From assembly GCA_965216755.1 (NCBI GenBank), contig CBDCGL010000011.1, forward strand, positions 3,648,001-3,712,000: a DNA stretch of 64,000 bases. Direction: 5' to 3'. This document shows, in pieces, positions 28,909 through 38,575 of the stretch; the stretch's first letter is position 1; each line of letters begins with the position of its first letter. The stretch is from Alphaproteobacteria bacterium (lineage in GTDB: Bacteria > Pseudomonadota > Alphaproteobacteria > UBA7887). The position numbers and the translations under genes are program-made. Below the pieces are notes generated by a model. It did no database searches, had not been told where the DNA came from, and saw nothing but the letters and a program-made list of their open reading frames with translations.

Positions 28909-29913
28909 CTAACGCGGTAACTCGATCGCGTAATCGGGCAGCGGCGCCGGCGCCTCGATCAAACCTTGTTCGGCCAGGAACGCGGCGAAACGCTGGTAAC
29001 GATTTTGATCCAAACTGCCCGGTCGCAACGCAAATCGCGGCAGCGTGTCGCGCCAGGCACGCCGGTTCAGCTCGTCATTGATGCTGTCACGATAGGCGAC
29101 GAACAAGTCCCAAGACTCATCAGGATGATTGACCAAAAAATGGGCGGCGCGTTCCAGGGCGTCGACGAACCGGCCCAAGCGCGGCTGGTCGATCGCATTG
29201 CGTTGCGCGACGATGATCAGCTCGTCGTAAGCGGGCACGCCATGTTCCTCGACAAAGAAAGCACGGCCTTGATGGCCCTCGATGGCCAGCTGGTTGAGTT
29301 CAAAATTGCGATAAGCACCGATGACCGCGTCAACCTGACCCGACAGTAACGCCGGGCTCAACGCGAAATTCACGTTGATCAGTTCCACATCGGCCAGTGC
29401 CACCCCATGCTTGGCCAGCATGGTGCCCAAGAGCGCATCTTCGAAGCCGCCGACGGAGTAGCCAACCTTGCGCCCCGCCAAGTCGGCGATTTTCGTGATC
29501 GGCCCGTCGTCGAGCACCAGCAATGTGTTTAGTGGCGTCGCCACCAAGGTGGCCACGCGCACCAAGGGCAGCCCCTCCGCGACGTGCAAATGCAATTGCG
29601 GCTGATAGCTGACGGCCAAATCCACTTGTCCGGCGGCCACCAATTTTGGCGGCAATGTCGGATCGGCTGGTTCGCTCATGGCGACTTCAAGCCCGGCTTC
29701 GGCGAAATAACCCTTTTGCTCGGCAATGACCAAAGTGGCGTGATCGGGATTGAGAAACCAATCCAACATCAGCGACAGCGGCTCGGCCGTGGCCTTGCTG
29801 GCGCCGCCGGCATTCAAGGCAACAAGGAAAACGAGCGTCAGCGCCCTTGCCACGACCGGTCGACGAAGACCGCCAAGACTATGTCCAAAATTGAATTGTC
29901 GGGTTCTCGACAT
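28909..29913 (-). CDS. ThiY/NMT1-type ABC substrate-binding protein (thiamine precursor)
   Basis: LDWFLNPDHA, PADPTLPPKLVAAG, SYQPQL, GAYRNFE, YDELI. TPP riboswitch upstream. Confidence 0.9.
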   Translation of the reverse strand: MSRTRQFNFGHSLGGLRRPVVARALTLVFLVALNAGGASKATAEPLSLMLDWFLNPDHATLVIAEQKGYFAEAGLEVAMSEPADPTLPPKLVAAGQVDLAVSYQPQLHLHVAEGLPLVRVATLVATPLNTLLVLDDGPITKIADLAGRKVGYSVGGFEDALLGTMLAKHGVALADVELINVNFALSPALLSGQVDAVIGAYRNFELNQLAIEGHQGRAFFVEEHGVPAYDELIIVAQRNAIDQPRLGRFVDALERAAHFLVNHPDESWDLFVAYRDSINDELNRRAWRDTLPRFALRPGSLDQNRYQRFAAFLAEQGLIEAPAPLPDYAIELPR

Positions 29914-29994
29914 TCGCGCCGCCTCCGCTGCAATGGGCGTGCGGGAAGGGGCGGTTCGGCCTCACGGCGCGCATGTGTGTGCGAACGGCAATCG

Positions 29995-30086
29995 GTTCCG
30001 CTCCCTTCGCCGGCATGACCCGGATCAGGTTCAGAGGGTCACCGCCTGCACGGTATCTCAGCCCTTCAACAAGGCCCCCCTGGGAT
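29995..30086 (-). ncRNA. TPP riboswitch
   Basis: Minus strand reads CCAGGGGGGCC...GGGCTGAGATACCG...GGTGACCCTCTGAACCTGATCCGGGTCATGCCGGCGAAGGGA, the canonical THI-box elements. Confidence 0.95.
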
Positions 30087-30138
30087 GACGGCCATGGTGA
30101 CGACTTGCCACCCCCCGGTCAAGCATGGGGCGTCGCGC

Positions 30139-30426
30139 CTAGAGTGCGAACAGCAGAAACGCGCCGAGTGTCACCACATAAATAAAGCCGTAGACCATGA
30201 CCTCTTCGCGATCCATGTGGCCATTGGTATCGCGGTCGATGGGCAATGTAGGCTGGCTTCGCGGCTGGCCCTGGGCAAGCGCGTTTTTGACCATGGCGAC
30301 GGTCTCTTCCTCGCGTTGTGGCTCTCGTCGCTGCTTAACTTTGATCATCTCACTGGTCAAGCTCGCCGCTTCATGGCCCGCGGCCTCGGCGTGCGTATCG
30401 GTTTCGGTGATTGTTGTCGCGGTCAT
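30139..30426 (-). CDS. Small hypothetical protein with a C-terminal membrane anchor
   Basis: 95 aa hydrophilic body ending VMVYGFIYVVTLGAFLLFAL. Starts 15 bp after the stop of the ParA partner, with a GGGG RBS-like sequence. Confidence 0.55.
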   Translation of the reverse strand: MTATTITETDTHAEAAGHEAASLTSEMIKVKQRREPQREEETVAMVKNALAQGQPRSQPTLPIDRDTNGHMDREEVMVYGFIYVVTLGAFLLFAL

Positions 30427-30440
30427 GAGTGACAACCCCA

Positions 30441-31013
30441 CTAATTGCGTTTGGATCGGGCGAGCGGCCGGATCCGACGGCCGTCCGTAGCCGACGTCGC
30501 GTCGTCTGCTTTGGGATGGAGGCACGCGCACGATTTTGCCGCGCCGTCATCGACGGCATGGCTGACATACGCATCAATGGCGTCGGTGAGGGCATCTTGG
30601 ATGTGCAGGCGACGGTGTGCGGCGATCAGACGTAATTTGAAGTGACGCTGTGGGTCTAGCCGCACTGAAAGCCGCACCCGTCCGGTGCGGTCGCGCTTCA
30701 ATTCCGCCTCGGCGGCAATCTCCACCGCGCGCGGCGATCGCTGTTTGGTGTTCGACCGGGTGCTGGGCACAGCGTCGGTTGCCAACCGATCCAAGTCAGG
30801 CGCGCTCAATTCGGCAACGGCAGGACGTGGCGGCGCCAGACGGAGCAATGCGTCCGAATCTTCAATGGCCGGCAATAAGGCCAAATGATCGGCGATGTCG
30901 CTGAGGTCGTCCCGATGGTCGACGTCGCGCGCGAGCGGCGCGTCGCCAAGTCGCGACGGTGCCGCCGCACCCTTGCGGGCCAAAAGGCGGCTGGTCAAGG
31001 GCGCCGACTTCAT
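30441..31013 (-). CDS. ParA-associated hypothetical protein (N-terminal LLARKG motif, C-terminal ribbon-helix-helix-like)
   Basis: MKSAPLTSRLLARKGAAAPS...RVRLSVRLDPQRHFKLRLIAAHRR. ATGA overlap with parA. Confidence 0.7.
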   Translation of the reverse strand: MKSAPLTSRLLARKGAAAPSRLGDAPLARDVDHRDDLSDIADHLALLPAIEDSDALLRLAPPRPAVAELSAPDLDRLATDAVPSTRSNTKQRSPRAVEIAAEAELKRDRTGRVRLSVRLDPQRHFKLRLIAAHRRLHIQDALTDAIDAYVSHAVDDGAAKSCACLHPKADDATSATDGRRIRPLARSKRN

Positions 31014-31714
31014 ACAGCGGCCATCCGCGTCGGGCCGACAATGGCATCGCTGCCGGTGCCCGTGCGCGCCGAGGTAAACGCCGGTGGTGTCGCGGCGCGG
31101 GCGAGGCGCACCGCCAAATATTGCCACAGGTCATGGATCTCCTGCGCTGATTTGGAGCGTTCATTGAGCTCCATCACGGTGCGACCGTCGATCATGCTGG
31201 CGGCGAAATCGGTCCTTTGGTGAATGGTTATCGGCGCCACGGTGCCATGCTGCGACAAGGCGATTGCCGCCTCGGCCGTGATCCGGGCCCGTGGCGCGGC
31301 GCCGTTGATGACAAATGTCAGGGGTTTGCCCAGCCGTTCGACCAATTCGACCGTCGCGCCGGCGGCGCGCAAGTCATGTGGGCTCGGTCGTGTCGGAATT
31401 GCCACCAAGTTGGCCAAGCGCACGACATGTTCGATGGTTGCGGTGTTGGCTGGTGGTGTGTCGAAGATCAACAATTTGATGCCACGTGCGCGCATGGCCT
31501 GCATGTCTTCCGCCAACCGCGCGACAAATGTATGTGCGAAGACGGGCGTGTCGGCCGCGCGTTCGTTCCACCAGTCAGCCAAACTGCCTTGGGGGTCCGT
31601 ATCGATCATCGCAACCGGGCCGTGGCCGGCGCGTTCGGCTTGCACGGCCATATGGCCGGCCAAGGTGGTCTTTCCGGAACCGCCTTTTTGCGATGTAAAA
31701 GCCAATACTTGCAT
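31010..31714 (-). CDS. ParA-family ATPase
   Basis: Deviant Walker A SQKGGSGKTT, IDTDPQGSL, FDTPP, PTRPSPHDL. Confidence 0.92.
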   Translation of the reverse strand: MQVLAFTSQKGGSGKTTLAGHMAVQAERAGHGPVAMIDTDPQGSLADWWNERAADTPVFAHTFVARLAEDMQAMRARGIKLLIFDTPPANTATIEHVVRLANLVAIPTRPSPHDLRAAGATVELVERLGKPLTFVINGAAPRARITAEAAIALSQHGTVAPITIHQRTDFAASMIDGRTVMELNERSKSAQEIHDLWQYLAVRLARAATPPAFTSARTGTGSDAIVGPTRMAAV

Positions 31715-31970
31715 GTGCCATCCTTCCGCGCATCAATGGGTCTTGCCAGTCCGGCGCGTTGATGTTCGCGTGGCAAATCACGCTGGCGCCCGAACCGTGG
31801 CCATTGTTCGGCGAGAGATGGTCGAAAAAACATACCGCTCGTCACATATGCGCCAAATAATGCCGCGCCATGGCACCGTGCGGCGTGACACCCGCAATGC
31901 TGGCGTCGTGGCCCCGCCAAATGCACGTAGTGGGATACCTCGCGGGACCGTGACGATGTTCAAATTGCAG

Positions 31971-32004
31971 AAAAACCAAGGGCCGGCCCCATTGGGTCCG
32001 GCCC
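31971..32004 (-). terminator. Probable terminator downstream of the gcrA-like gene
   Basis: GGGCCGG-ACCC-AAT-GGGG-CCGGCCC hairpin followed by TTGGTTTTT on the minus strand. Confidence 0.6.
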
Positions 32005-32039
32005 CATCCCATAATGAAATTATCGCCGCATCAATGCGA

Positions 32040-32378
32040 TCAGGCGGCCTCCTCCGCCTTGCCCCTATAGGCTAACGCGCAATGTTCGCGACAATATGGC
32101 CGCCCCTGTTGCCGGGGTTCGGCACAGAACCGAAAGCCGGGTTCGCCCGGATGACCAATCGGCCAACGACACATACGTTCGGTCAAATTCAATCCGCTGA
32201 TCCGTTCCGCCGCGTCTGAGGTACGCGGCTTGCCCCGATTTGATAGGCCCAACCGATGAGCCTTGCCGATAACGGCGTTGCGGCTGATGTTGCCGAGGCG
32301 CTCCCCTATTTTTCGCGCACTCAAGCCCTCAGCCCAAAGGGTCTTCAAGGTATTAATGGCCTCCTCGGTCCATTCCAT
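32040..32378 (-). CDS. gcrA: GcrA-family cell-cycle regulator (short form)
   Basis: MEWTEE....LKTLWAEGLSA..IG..LG.ISRNAVIGKAHRLGL and LTERMCRWPIGHP....FRFC.......PYC.EH...AY. Confidence 0.88.
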   Translation of the reverse strand: MEWTEEAINTLKTLWAEGLSARKIGERLGNISRNAVIGKAHRLGLSNRGKPRTSDAAERISGLNLTERMCRWPIGHPGEPGFRFCAEPRQQGRPYCREHCALAYRGKAEEAA

Positions 32379-32565
32379 GATGTGTACTTCCCTGTTATCC
32401 CTATTGGCTGCCTGCACAGATTTTGTAGGTGAATTTATCGAAGCCTACAAGATGTGGTCTTTTGGGTCGCGCAACTTCTCACGCGCATCGCTGCTTGACG
32501 AGTGAGCCACGACCGTTCGAATATTATCCGGAAAGCTGCCGGGCGAACAACCGCGAGCGACAAAT

Positions 32566-33717
32566 ATGAGTGTAGCATTGGCTCCCAATCATGATTTGAT
32601 TGGCATCAAAGGTGGATTTGGCCGACTCAGCACACCGGCCTTGGTGCTCGACCTCGACGCCATGGAGGCGAATATCCAGGCCATGGCGGCCCATTGCGGG
32701 CGCACCGGGCAAGCGCTTCGGCCGCATGCCAAGAGCCACAAGTCGGTCGCGATTGCTCGCCGGCAGATCGAGGCCGGTGCCGTCGGGCAGTGTTGCGCGA
32801 CCATCCGCGAGGCCGAAGCCATGGCCGATGCGGCGGTGCCGGGTGTGCTGATCACCTCGCCGCCTACGGGGCCCGCAAAAACTGCCCGGCTCATGGCGCT
32901 GCATGCCAAAGCGCCGGACGCGATGGTGGTTGCCGATCATCCGGATACCGTCAGGGCCTTGGCCACAGCGGTGGCCGATCAGGGTGGTGGCCGGATGCTT
33001 CGCGTTTTGGTTGATTTCGATGTCGGCCTGGCGCGTACCGGCGCGGCGGATGCGGCGTCGGCAGCGGCGCTTGCACAAGCTATCGACGCGGCGCCGCAAC
33101 TCAGATTTGCCGGTGTCCAAGCCTATTACGGCCAACTGCAACATGTTGCGCGCTTCGCTGAGCGGACTGATCTGGTCATGGCCCAGGCGGCGCGTGTGCG
33201 TGAACTGGTCGACCGCCTGGCCGACCAGGGTCTGGCACCCGAATTGGTCACCGGCGGCGGAACCGGAACCCATGACATCGATCATCGTGCTGGCGTGTTC
33301 AACGAACTGCAGGCTGGCTCGTACGTGTTTACCGATGTTGACTATAACGCCGTTGACCTGACCGCGGACCAACCGCGTCCGTTTGCCCCGGCGCTGTTCG
33401 TGATGGCGACCGTGGTCAGTGTAAGCCATGATAGCCACGCGGTTATCGATGCCGGTTTGAAAAGCTTTGCCACCGACGGGCCGGCACCGGTGTTTGGCGA
33501 TGGCGCGCCGGCCGGCGCCACGTACAAATTCATGGGTGACGAACATGGTGCCGTGGTCTATGCGGGTGGCGAAAACACGCGCCTCAAAATTGGTGACGCT
33601 GTTCGATGCGTCGTGCCCCATTGTGACCCGACTGTGAACCTGTACGACCACTATCATTGCTATCGAGACGACACTTTGGTCGATATCTGGCCGGTCGACG
33701 GTCGCGGTAATCCCTGA
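32566..33717 (+). CDS. DSD1-family PLP enzyme (D-threonine aldolase / D-serine dehydratase-like)
   Basis: TPALVLDL, LRPHAKSHK, TGGGTGT, ELQAGSYVF.D, DAGLKS, GDEHG, PHCDPTVNL. Confidence 0.9.
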   Translation: MSVALAPNHDLIGIKGGFGRLSTPALVLDLDAMEANIQAMAAHCGRTGQALRPHAKSHKSVAIARRQIEAGAVGQCCATIREAEAMADAAVPGVLITSPPTGPAKTARLMALHAKAPDAMVVADHPDTVRALATAVADQGGGRMLRVLVDFDVGLARTGAADAASAAALAQAIDAAPQLRFAGVQAYYGQLQHVARFAERTDLVMAQAARVRELVDRLADQGLAPELVTGGGTGTHDIDHRAGVFNELQAGSYVFTDVDYNAVDLTADQPRPFAPALFVMATVVSVSHDSHAVIDAGLKSFATDGPAPVFGDGAPAGATYKFMGDEHGAVVYAGGENTRLKIGDAVRCVVPHCDPTVNLYDHYHCYRDDTLVDIWPVDGRGNP

Positions 33718-33797
33718 TCTGCTCATGTCGCGCGGCGCGCGGCCGCCAATACCGCTATAGTGCTGGCCGCACCGATTGTGGCAATGAAGAAACAGCT

Positions 33798-36128
33798 ATG
33801 GAAAAGTTTGGTGTTGGCCAACCGCTGACCCGAAAAGAGGACCTGCGTCTGCTCACTGGTCGTGGCCGCTTCATCGAAGACGCCACAGCCACCAACATGG
33901 TGCACGCCCGTTTCGTGCGGGCGCCCCATGCGCATGCACGCATTGCCGGGATCGACGCGGCGGCGGCGCGCGCCTTGCCCGGGGTGGTGGCGATCGTAAC
34001 CGGCGACGATCTGGCCGATCAGGGGCTTGGCACCATGCCATGTGTGTTTCAACCCAAAGGTGTTGATGGTCGCCCGCCGATCGTGCCGAGCTATGGGCTG
34101 TTGGCGGTTGACCGCGTGCGCTTTGTCGGTGATTTGGTGGCGATGGTGATCGCCGACAGCGCGGCGCAGGCCGCCGACGCGGCCGAAGCCGTCGCGGTCG
34201 ACTATGAGGCGCTGGCAGCGGTCACCGATCTGCGCGCCGCCGCGGCGCCCGATGCGGTGTCGGTTTGGCCCGAGGCACCCGGAAATGTCAGCCTAGAGTG
34301 GCAATTGGGCGACGCTGTGGCGACGGCGGCGGCGTTCGAACGCGCCGCGCAGACCGTGACCTTGACCGTGATCAACAACCGGGTCGCTGTCACCGCCATG
34401 GAAACGCGCGGCGCCTTGGCGGCGTATCACGCCGACAGCAATCGTTGGACGCTCATTACGACCACCCAGTTGCCGCACCCGATGCGCGCAGAAATTGCCG
34501 AGGTGCTGGGTGTTGATGCCGACCGCCTGCGCATAGTGGTGAAAGACGTTGGGGGCGGTTTCGGGGCCAAGAACTCGGCCTATCCGGAGCAGGTGTTGGT
34601 GTGTTGGGCGGCGCGCGCTTACGGCCGGCCGGTGCGTTGGATCGAGGAGCGCGCCGAGTCTTTTCTGGCCACGTATCATTGCCGCGACAATGTGACCGAG
34701 GCCAGCCTGGCGCTGGACGAGAACGGCCGCTTTCTGGGCCTCAAGGTCGACACGCTGGCCAATCTTGGCGCGTACATATCGGGCCGCGGCGCACTATCGC
34801 CGATAAACAACGCCGCCGCGCTGATCAACACCTATCGGACGGGCGTTGCCCATGTTCGGGTCCGCGAGCTGTTCACCCATACGGTGCCGACCGATGTCTA
34901 TCGCGGTGCCGGCCGGCCCGAGGCGCTATACGCCATCGAACGGCTGGTCGATGTCGCTGCGCTCACCTTGGGCCTGGATCCGGCCGTGCTACGGCGGCGC
35001 AACATGATTCCACCCGACGCGCTGCCTTATGAGACACCGCTTGGGCTGACTTACGACAGTGGCCTCTACGAGCAGACCATGGATGATGGCCTCGCCGCCG
35101 CCGATCTCACCGGCTTTGCCGATCGCCGCGCGGCGGCCGGCGCCCGTGGGATCTTGCGGGGACTCGGCTTTGCCAATTTTGTCGAACGCTGCGGGGCTGG
35201 GGTCAGCGAGGCGGCCGAACTGCGGATAACGGAGGATGGTCGCGCGCAGGTCCTGATCGGGACCATGTCAAATGGCCAGGGTCATGAAACCGCTTTCGCC
35301 CAGGTGGCCGGCGATTTGCTGGGGCTTGATCCGGCGTTGGTCGACGTCATTGAGGGTGATACCGATCGGGTGCGTGATGGCAAGGGTACCGGCGGATCGC
35401 GTTCAATCCCGCTTGGCGGCGCGGCCATTAAGCTGACCAGCGAGATATTGATCGACAAGGCGCGCACCATCGCCGGCCACCATTTGGAGGCGGCGGTGGC
35501 TGACATCGAATTCGTCGGCGGGCGATTCGCTGTCGCGGGGACCGATCGCGTGCTGACATGGGCCGAGCTGGCGCGCATTGCCGGTGATCCGGCGGTGCTC
35601 CCCGATGGCATGGCGCCGGGTTTGGAGGCCCATGCCACGTTCAATCCGCCCAACCATACGTTCCCCAACGGCTGCCATGTCTGTGAGGTCGAGATCGATC
35701 CCGACACCGGCGCATTGACGGTGGCCCGCTACACTGTTGTCCATGATTTCGGGCGGATCCTGAATCCGCTTTTGCTCACTGGTCAGGTTCATGGCGGCGT
35801 CGCCCAGGGATTGGGCCAGGCCATGTTCGAACAGATCGCTTATGACCCGGGGTCCGGTCAGCTTCTATCGGGTTCGTTTATGGATTATCCAATCCCACGC
35901 GCCAGCCAGGTCCCCATGTTTGACGTCACCAATCCGCAGACGCCGTGTCCGTCGAACCCGATGGGGTTCAAGGGCTGTGGCGAGGCCGGTGCAGCCGGCG
36001 CGCCGCCAGCCTTGGTCAACGCGGCGATCAACGCCTTGTCGCCGTTAGGTATCCGTCACATCGATATGCCGCTCACCCCGGAACGGGTTTGGCGGGCCAT
36101 TCAGCAGGCGAAGGAAACACAGCTATGA
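33798..36128 (+). CDS. Xanthine dehydrogenase-family molybdopterin-binding large subunit (CoxL form II-like)
   Basis: RKEDLRLLTGRGRF, VGGGFGAK, YRGAGRPE, GQGHET, GQVHGGVAQG, KGCGEAG. Confidence 0.92.
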   Translation: MEKFGVGQPLTRKEDLRLLTGRGRFIEDATATNMVHARFVRAPHAHARIAGIDAAAARALPGVVAIVTGDDLADQGLGTMPCVFQPKGVDGRPPIVPSYGLLAVDRVRFVGDLVAMVIADSAAQAADAAEAVAVDYEALAAVTDLRAAAAPDAVSVWPEAPGNVSLEWQLGDAVATAAAFERAAQTVTLTVINNRVAVTAMETRGALAAYHADSNRWTLITTTQLPHPMRAEIAEVLGVDADRLRIVVKDVGGGFGAKNSAYPEQVLVCWAARAYGRPVRWIEERAESFLATYHCRDNVTEASLALDENGRFLGLKVDTLANLGAYISGRGALSPINNAAALINTYRTGVAHVRVRELFTHTVPTDVYRGAGRPEALYAIERLVDVAALTLGLDPAVLRRRNMIPPDALPYETPLGLTYDSGLYEQTMDDGLAAADLTGFADRRAAAGARGILRGLGFANFVERCGAGVSEAAELRITEDGRAQVLIGTMSNGQGHETAFAQVAGDLLGLDPALVDVIEGDTDRVRDGKGTGGSRSIPLGGAAIKLTSEILIDKARTIAGHHLEAAVADIEFVGGRFAVAGTDRVLTWAELARIAGDPAVLPDGMAPGLEAHATFNPPNHTFPNGCHVCEVEIDPDTGALTVARYTVVHDFGRILNPLLLTGQVHGGVAQGLGQAMFEQIAYDPGSGQLLSGSFMDYPIPRASQVPMFDVTNPQTPCPSNPMGFKGCGEAGAAGAPPALVNAAINALSPLGIRHIDMPLTPERVWRAIQQAKETQL

Positions 36129-36838
36129 TCCCATCCGCGGTCAAGGCGCTTACGTTCGACGTGTTTGGCACGGTCGTTGATTGGCGCAGTTCGATCATTC
36201 GCGAAGGGGCGGCGTTCAATGAACGTCACAACACCGGGGTGGATTGGACCGCCTTTGCCGATGCCTGGCGCGGCATGTACCAGCCGGCCATGGAAGAAGT
36301 GCGCGCCGGTCGCGCGCCATGGGCCAATCTGGATCACTTGCACCGCCAAAGCCTGGACCAGCTTTTGCCGCAATTCGATCTGGACCATCTGGATGAAGTG
36401 TCGCGCGATCAACTTAATCGCGTCTGGCATCGGCTGGATCCGTGGCCGGATTCGGTCGCCGGGCTGTCCCGCCTGAAGCGCGATTTCGTGTTGGCGACAT
36501 TGTCCAACGGCAATGTCGCGCTGCTGGTCAATATGGCAAAACGGGCCGGCTTGCCTTGGGACGCGGTGCTGGGCGCCGAAGTGGCCGGCCACTATAAGCC
36601 GCAACCGGAGGCGTATCTCAAAACGGCCGCGTTCCTCGGATTGCCACCGACGAACGTGATGCTGGTCGCCGCTCACAATGGTGACTTGGCGGCGGCTGCC
36701 GCATTGGGTTTTCGCACCGGCTTCATTTATCGTCCGACCGAATATGGGCCCGATCAAACAACCGATCTGGCGCCGACCGGCGATTGGGACGTGGTTGCCG
36801 ACGATCTTGTCGATCTTGCGGAAAAGCTTGGTTGCTAA
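36125..36838 (+). CDS. Haloacid dehalogenase type II (HAD)
   Basis: FDVFGTVVDWR, WHRLDPWPD, LSNGN, YKP.PE.Y, VAAHNGDL. ATGA overlap with the upstream gene. Confidence 0.9.
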   Translation: MIPSAVKALTFDVFGTVVDWRSSIIREGAAFNERHNTGVDWTAFADAWRGMYQPAMEEVRAGRAPWANLDHLHRQSLDQLLPQFDLDHLDEVSRDQLNRVWHRLDPWPDSVAGLSRLKRDFVLATLSNGNVALLVNMAKRAGLPWDAVLGAEVAGHYKPQPEAYLKTAAFLGLPPTNVMLVAAHNGDLAAAAALGFRTGFIYRPTEYGPDQTTDLAPTGDWDVVADDLVDLAEKLGC

Positions 36839-36841
36839 GCG

Positions 36842-37735
36842 ATGACGATTCCGTTCCGGCGCGATCTGGCCTTTGCATATGGCGCGGTTGCCCAGGTCAC
36901 ACCCTTGATACGGCGGGTGGTGGCGCGCAACCCAAGCCCGTTCACTTTTCATGGCACGGGCACCTATATCGTTGGCCGAGGCGATGTCGCGATCATCGAT
37001 CCGGGCCCGGATAACGACGCCCATACCGCGGCATTATTGGATGCGGTGGCAGGCGAAACCGTGACCCACATCTTGGTCACCCACACCCATATCGACCATT
37101 CACCGGCGACGGCGGCAATCAAGGTCGCGACCGGCGCGCCGTCCTATGGGTTCGGCCCACACGGCACCGGCCCGGGGGGGCCGGACGTGGAAGAGGGCGC
37201 CGATTTCGGCTTTGTCCCGGATCACACATTGGCGCATGGCGATATGGTCACGAGCCGAGACTGGTCGATTGAGGCGGTCCATACACCGGGCCACACGTCG
37301 AACCATCTCTGTTTCGCGCTGGCCGAGGAGAACACGTTGTTTTCCGGCGATCATGTCATGGGATGGTCGACCACGGTGGTGTCGCCGCCCGATGGCGACA
37401 TGGCGGCCTATATGGCATCGCTGCGCCTGTTGCGCGGCCGTGGCGATACGCTCTATGTCCCGACCCATGGCCCGACAATCCCCGACCCGGGGCCCTTTGT
37501 CGATGCGTTGATCCATCACCGACAGGAGCGCGAAAGCCAAATTCTGCGGTGCCTGGCGGACGGCATCGAGACGATCCCGGACATGGTTGAACGGCTTTAC
37601 GCCGATGTGGATCGCCGCCTCCACGGAGCCGCCGGGTGCTCGGTTTTGGCCCATCTGATCCATTTGGTCGAGACCGGCCGCGTGCAATGCGACGGTATTG
37701 CCGGGTCAAGCTCTGCCTATCGTCTGTTGCCCTGA
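36842..37735 (+). CDS. MBL-fold metallo-hydrolase
   Basis: NPSPFTFHGT, THTHIDHS, HTPGHTSNH, FSGDHVMGWST. Confidence 0.92.
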   Translation: MTIPFRRDLAFAYGAVAQVTPLIRRVVARNPSPFTFHGTGTYIVGRGDVAIIDPGPDNDAHTAALLDAVAGETVTHILVTHTHIDHSPATAAIKVATGAPSYGFGPHGTGPGGPDVEEGADFGFVPDHTLAHGDMVTSRDWSIEAVHTPGHTSNHLCFALAEENTLFSGDHVMGWSTTVVSPPDGDMAAYMASLRLLRGRGDTLYVPTHGPTIPDPGPFVDALIHHRQERESQILRCLADGIETIPDMVERLYADVDRRLHGAAGCSVLAHLIHLVETGRVQCDGIAGSSSAYRLLP

Positions 37736-37754
37736 TTTGCCGGGTCGTTAGCGA

Positions 37755-38453
37755 CTAATCTTGTTCAAATGAGTCGCGGCCGCGCACCCTGTGGTAAAGC
37801 GGCACGTGGCGGCGCGTTCGCCCGACATCGTCCAACTTGACCAGGCCGGCGACCTCGGCCAGGACCTGAATGGTGATCTTGGGCAGCGGCAGTTGCAGGG
37901 CGTCATCGACGGGCACCCAATGAATGTGCTGCAGCTCGCCGTCACTACGGATCTCGCCGCGCAGGAGATCGGCATCGGCCATGAAGAACCGCGCATTAAA
38001 GCGCCGTGGCCGCTGGGGCGGCGTGATGGCGCGAAATATGTAGTCGAGTGCGTCCAGCGCCGGCGCCAAACCATGTGCCGCGAAGGCCGGCCAAGGGGCG
38101 GTTTGTCGCGCCAGCCCCTCCGTCGCGGCGGGTTTGCCGAGCAACAGGCCGGTTTCCTCGAACGTCTCGCGGATCGCGGCGATGGCCAAGGCTCGCGCCC
38201 GCGGCGCCGTCGCCGACCGCCGCAAACACAAAGCCACATCGTCGCGCAGTTCGGTCGCGGCCGGGACCCGATGGTCATTGGGGTCGACGCGGCCGCCGGG
38301 AAACACATAGCGGTTGGGCATAAAGACATGACCGCTGTGGCGTTGCCCCAGCAATACCGAGGGGGTCGCGCCGTCACGTTTCACCAGAACCAGTGTCGCG
38401 GCGTCTTTGGGTCGTAGGGTTGCGCGATCCTGACGCGGCAATGAGGCATCCAT
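37755..38453 (-). CDS. NUDIX hydrolase
   Basis: PKDAATL, VFPGGRVD, AAIRETFEETG, RRFNARFF. Confidence 0.9.
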   Translation of the reverse strand: MDASLPRQDRATLRPKDAATLVLVKRDGATPSVLLGQRHSGHVFMPNRYVFPGGRVDPNDHRVPAATELRDDVALCLRRSATAPRARALAIAAIRETFEETGLLLGKPAATEGLARQTAPWPAFAAHGLAPALDALDYIFRAITPPQRPRRFNARFFMADADLLRGEIRSDGELQHIHWVPVDDALQLPLPKITIQVLAEVAGLVKLDDVGRTRRHVPLYHRVRGRDSFEQD

Positions 38454-38575
38454 GGCGGCAGTCTAGATGAGGTGCCCCCGGTTCGGATAGCCCGCTTGCA
38501 ATTATCGCAGCTGTTCCTTTTTTTCCGCCATGGTTTGATGCCGCCGCACGCAATTCTCGCGCGAAGGGCAGTTCG

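Noticed and set aside
33798-36128. Aerobic CO dehydrogenase (form I coxL)
   Set aside because: Lacks the AYxCSFR motif and the coxMS/coxDEFG context.
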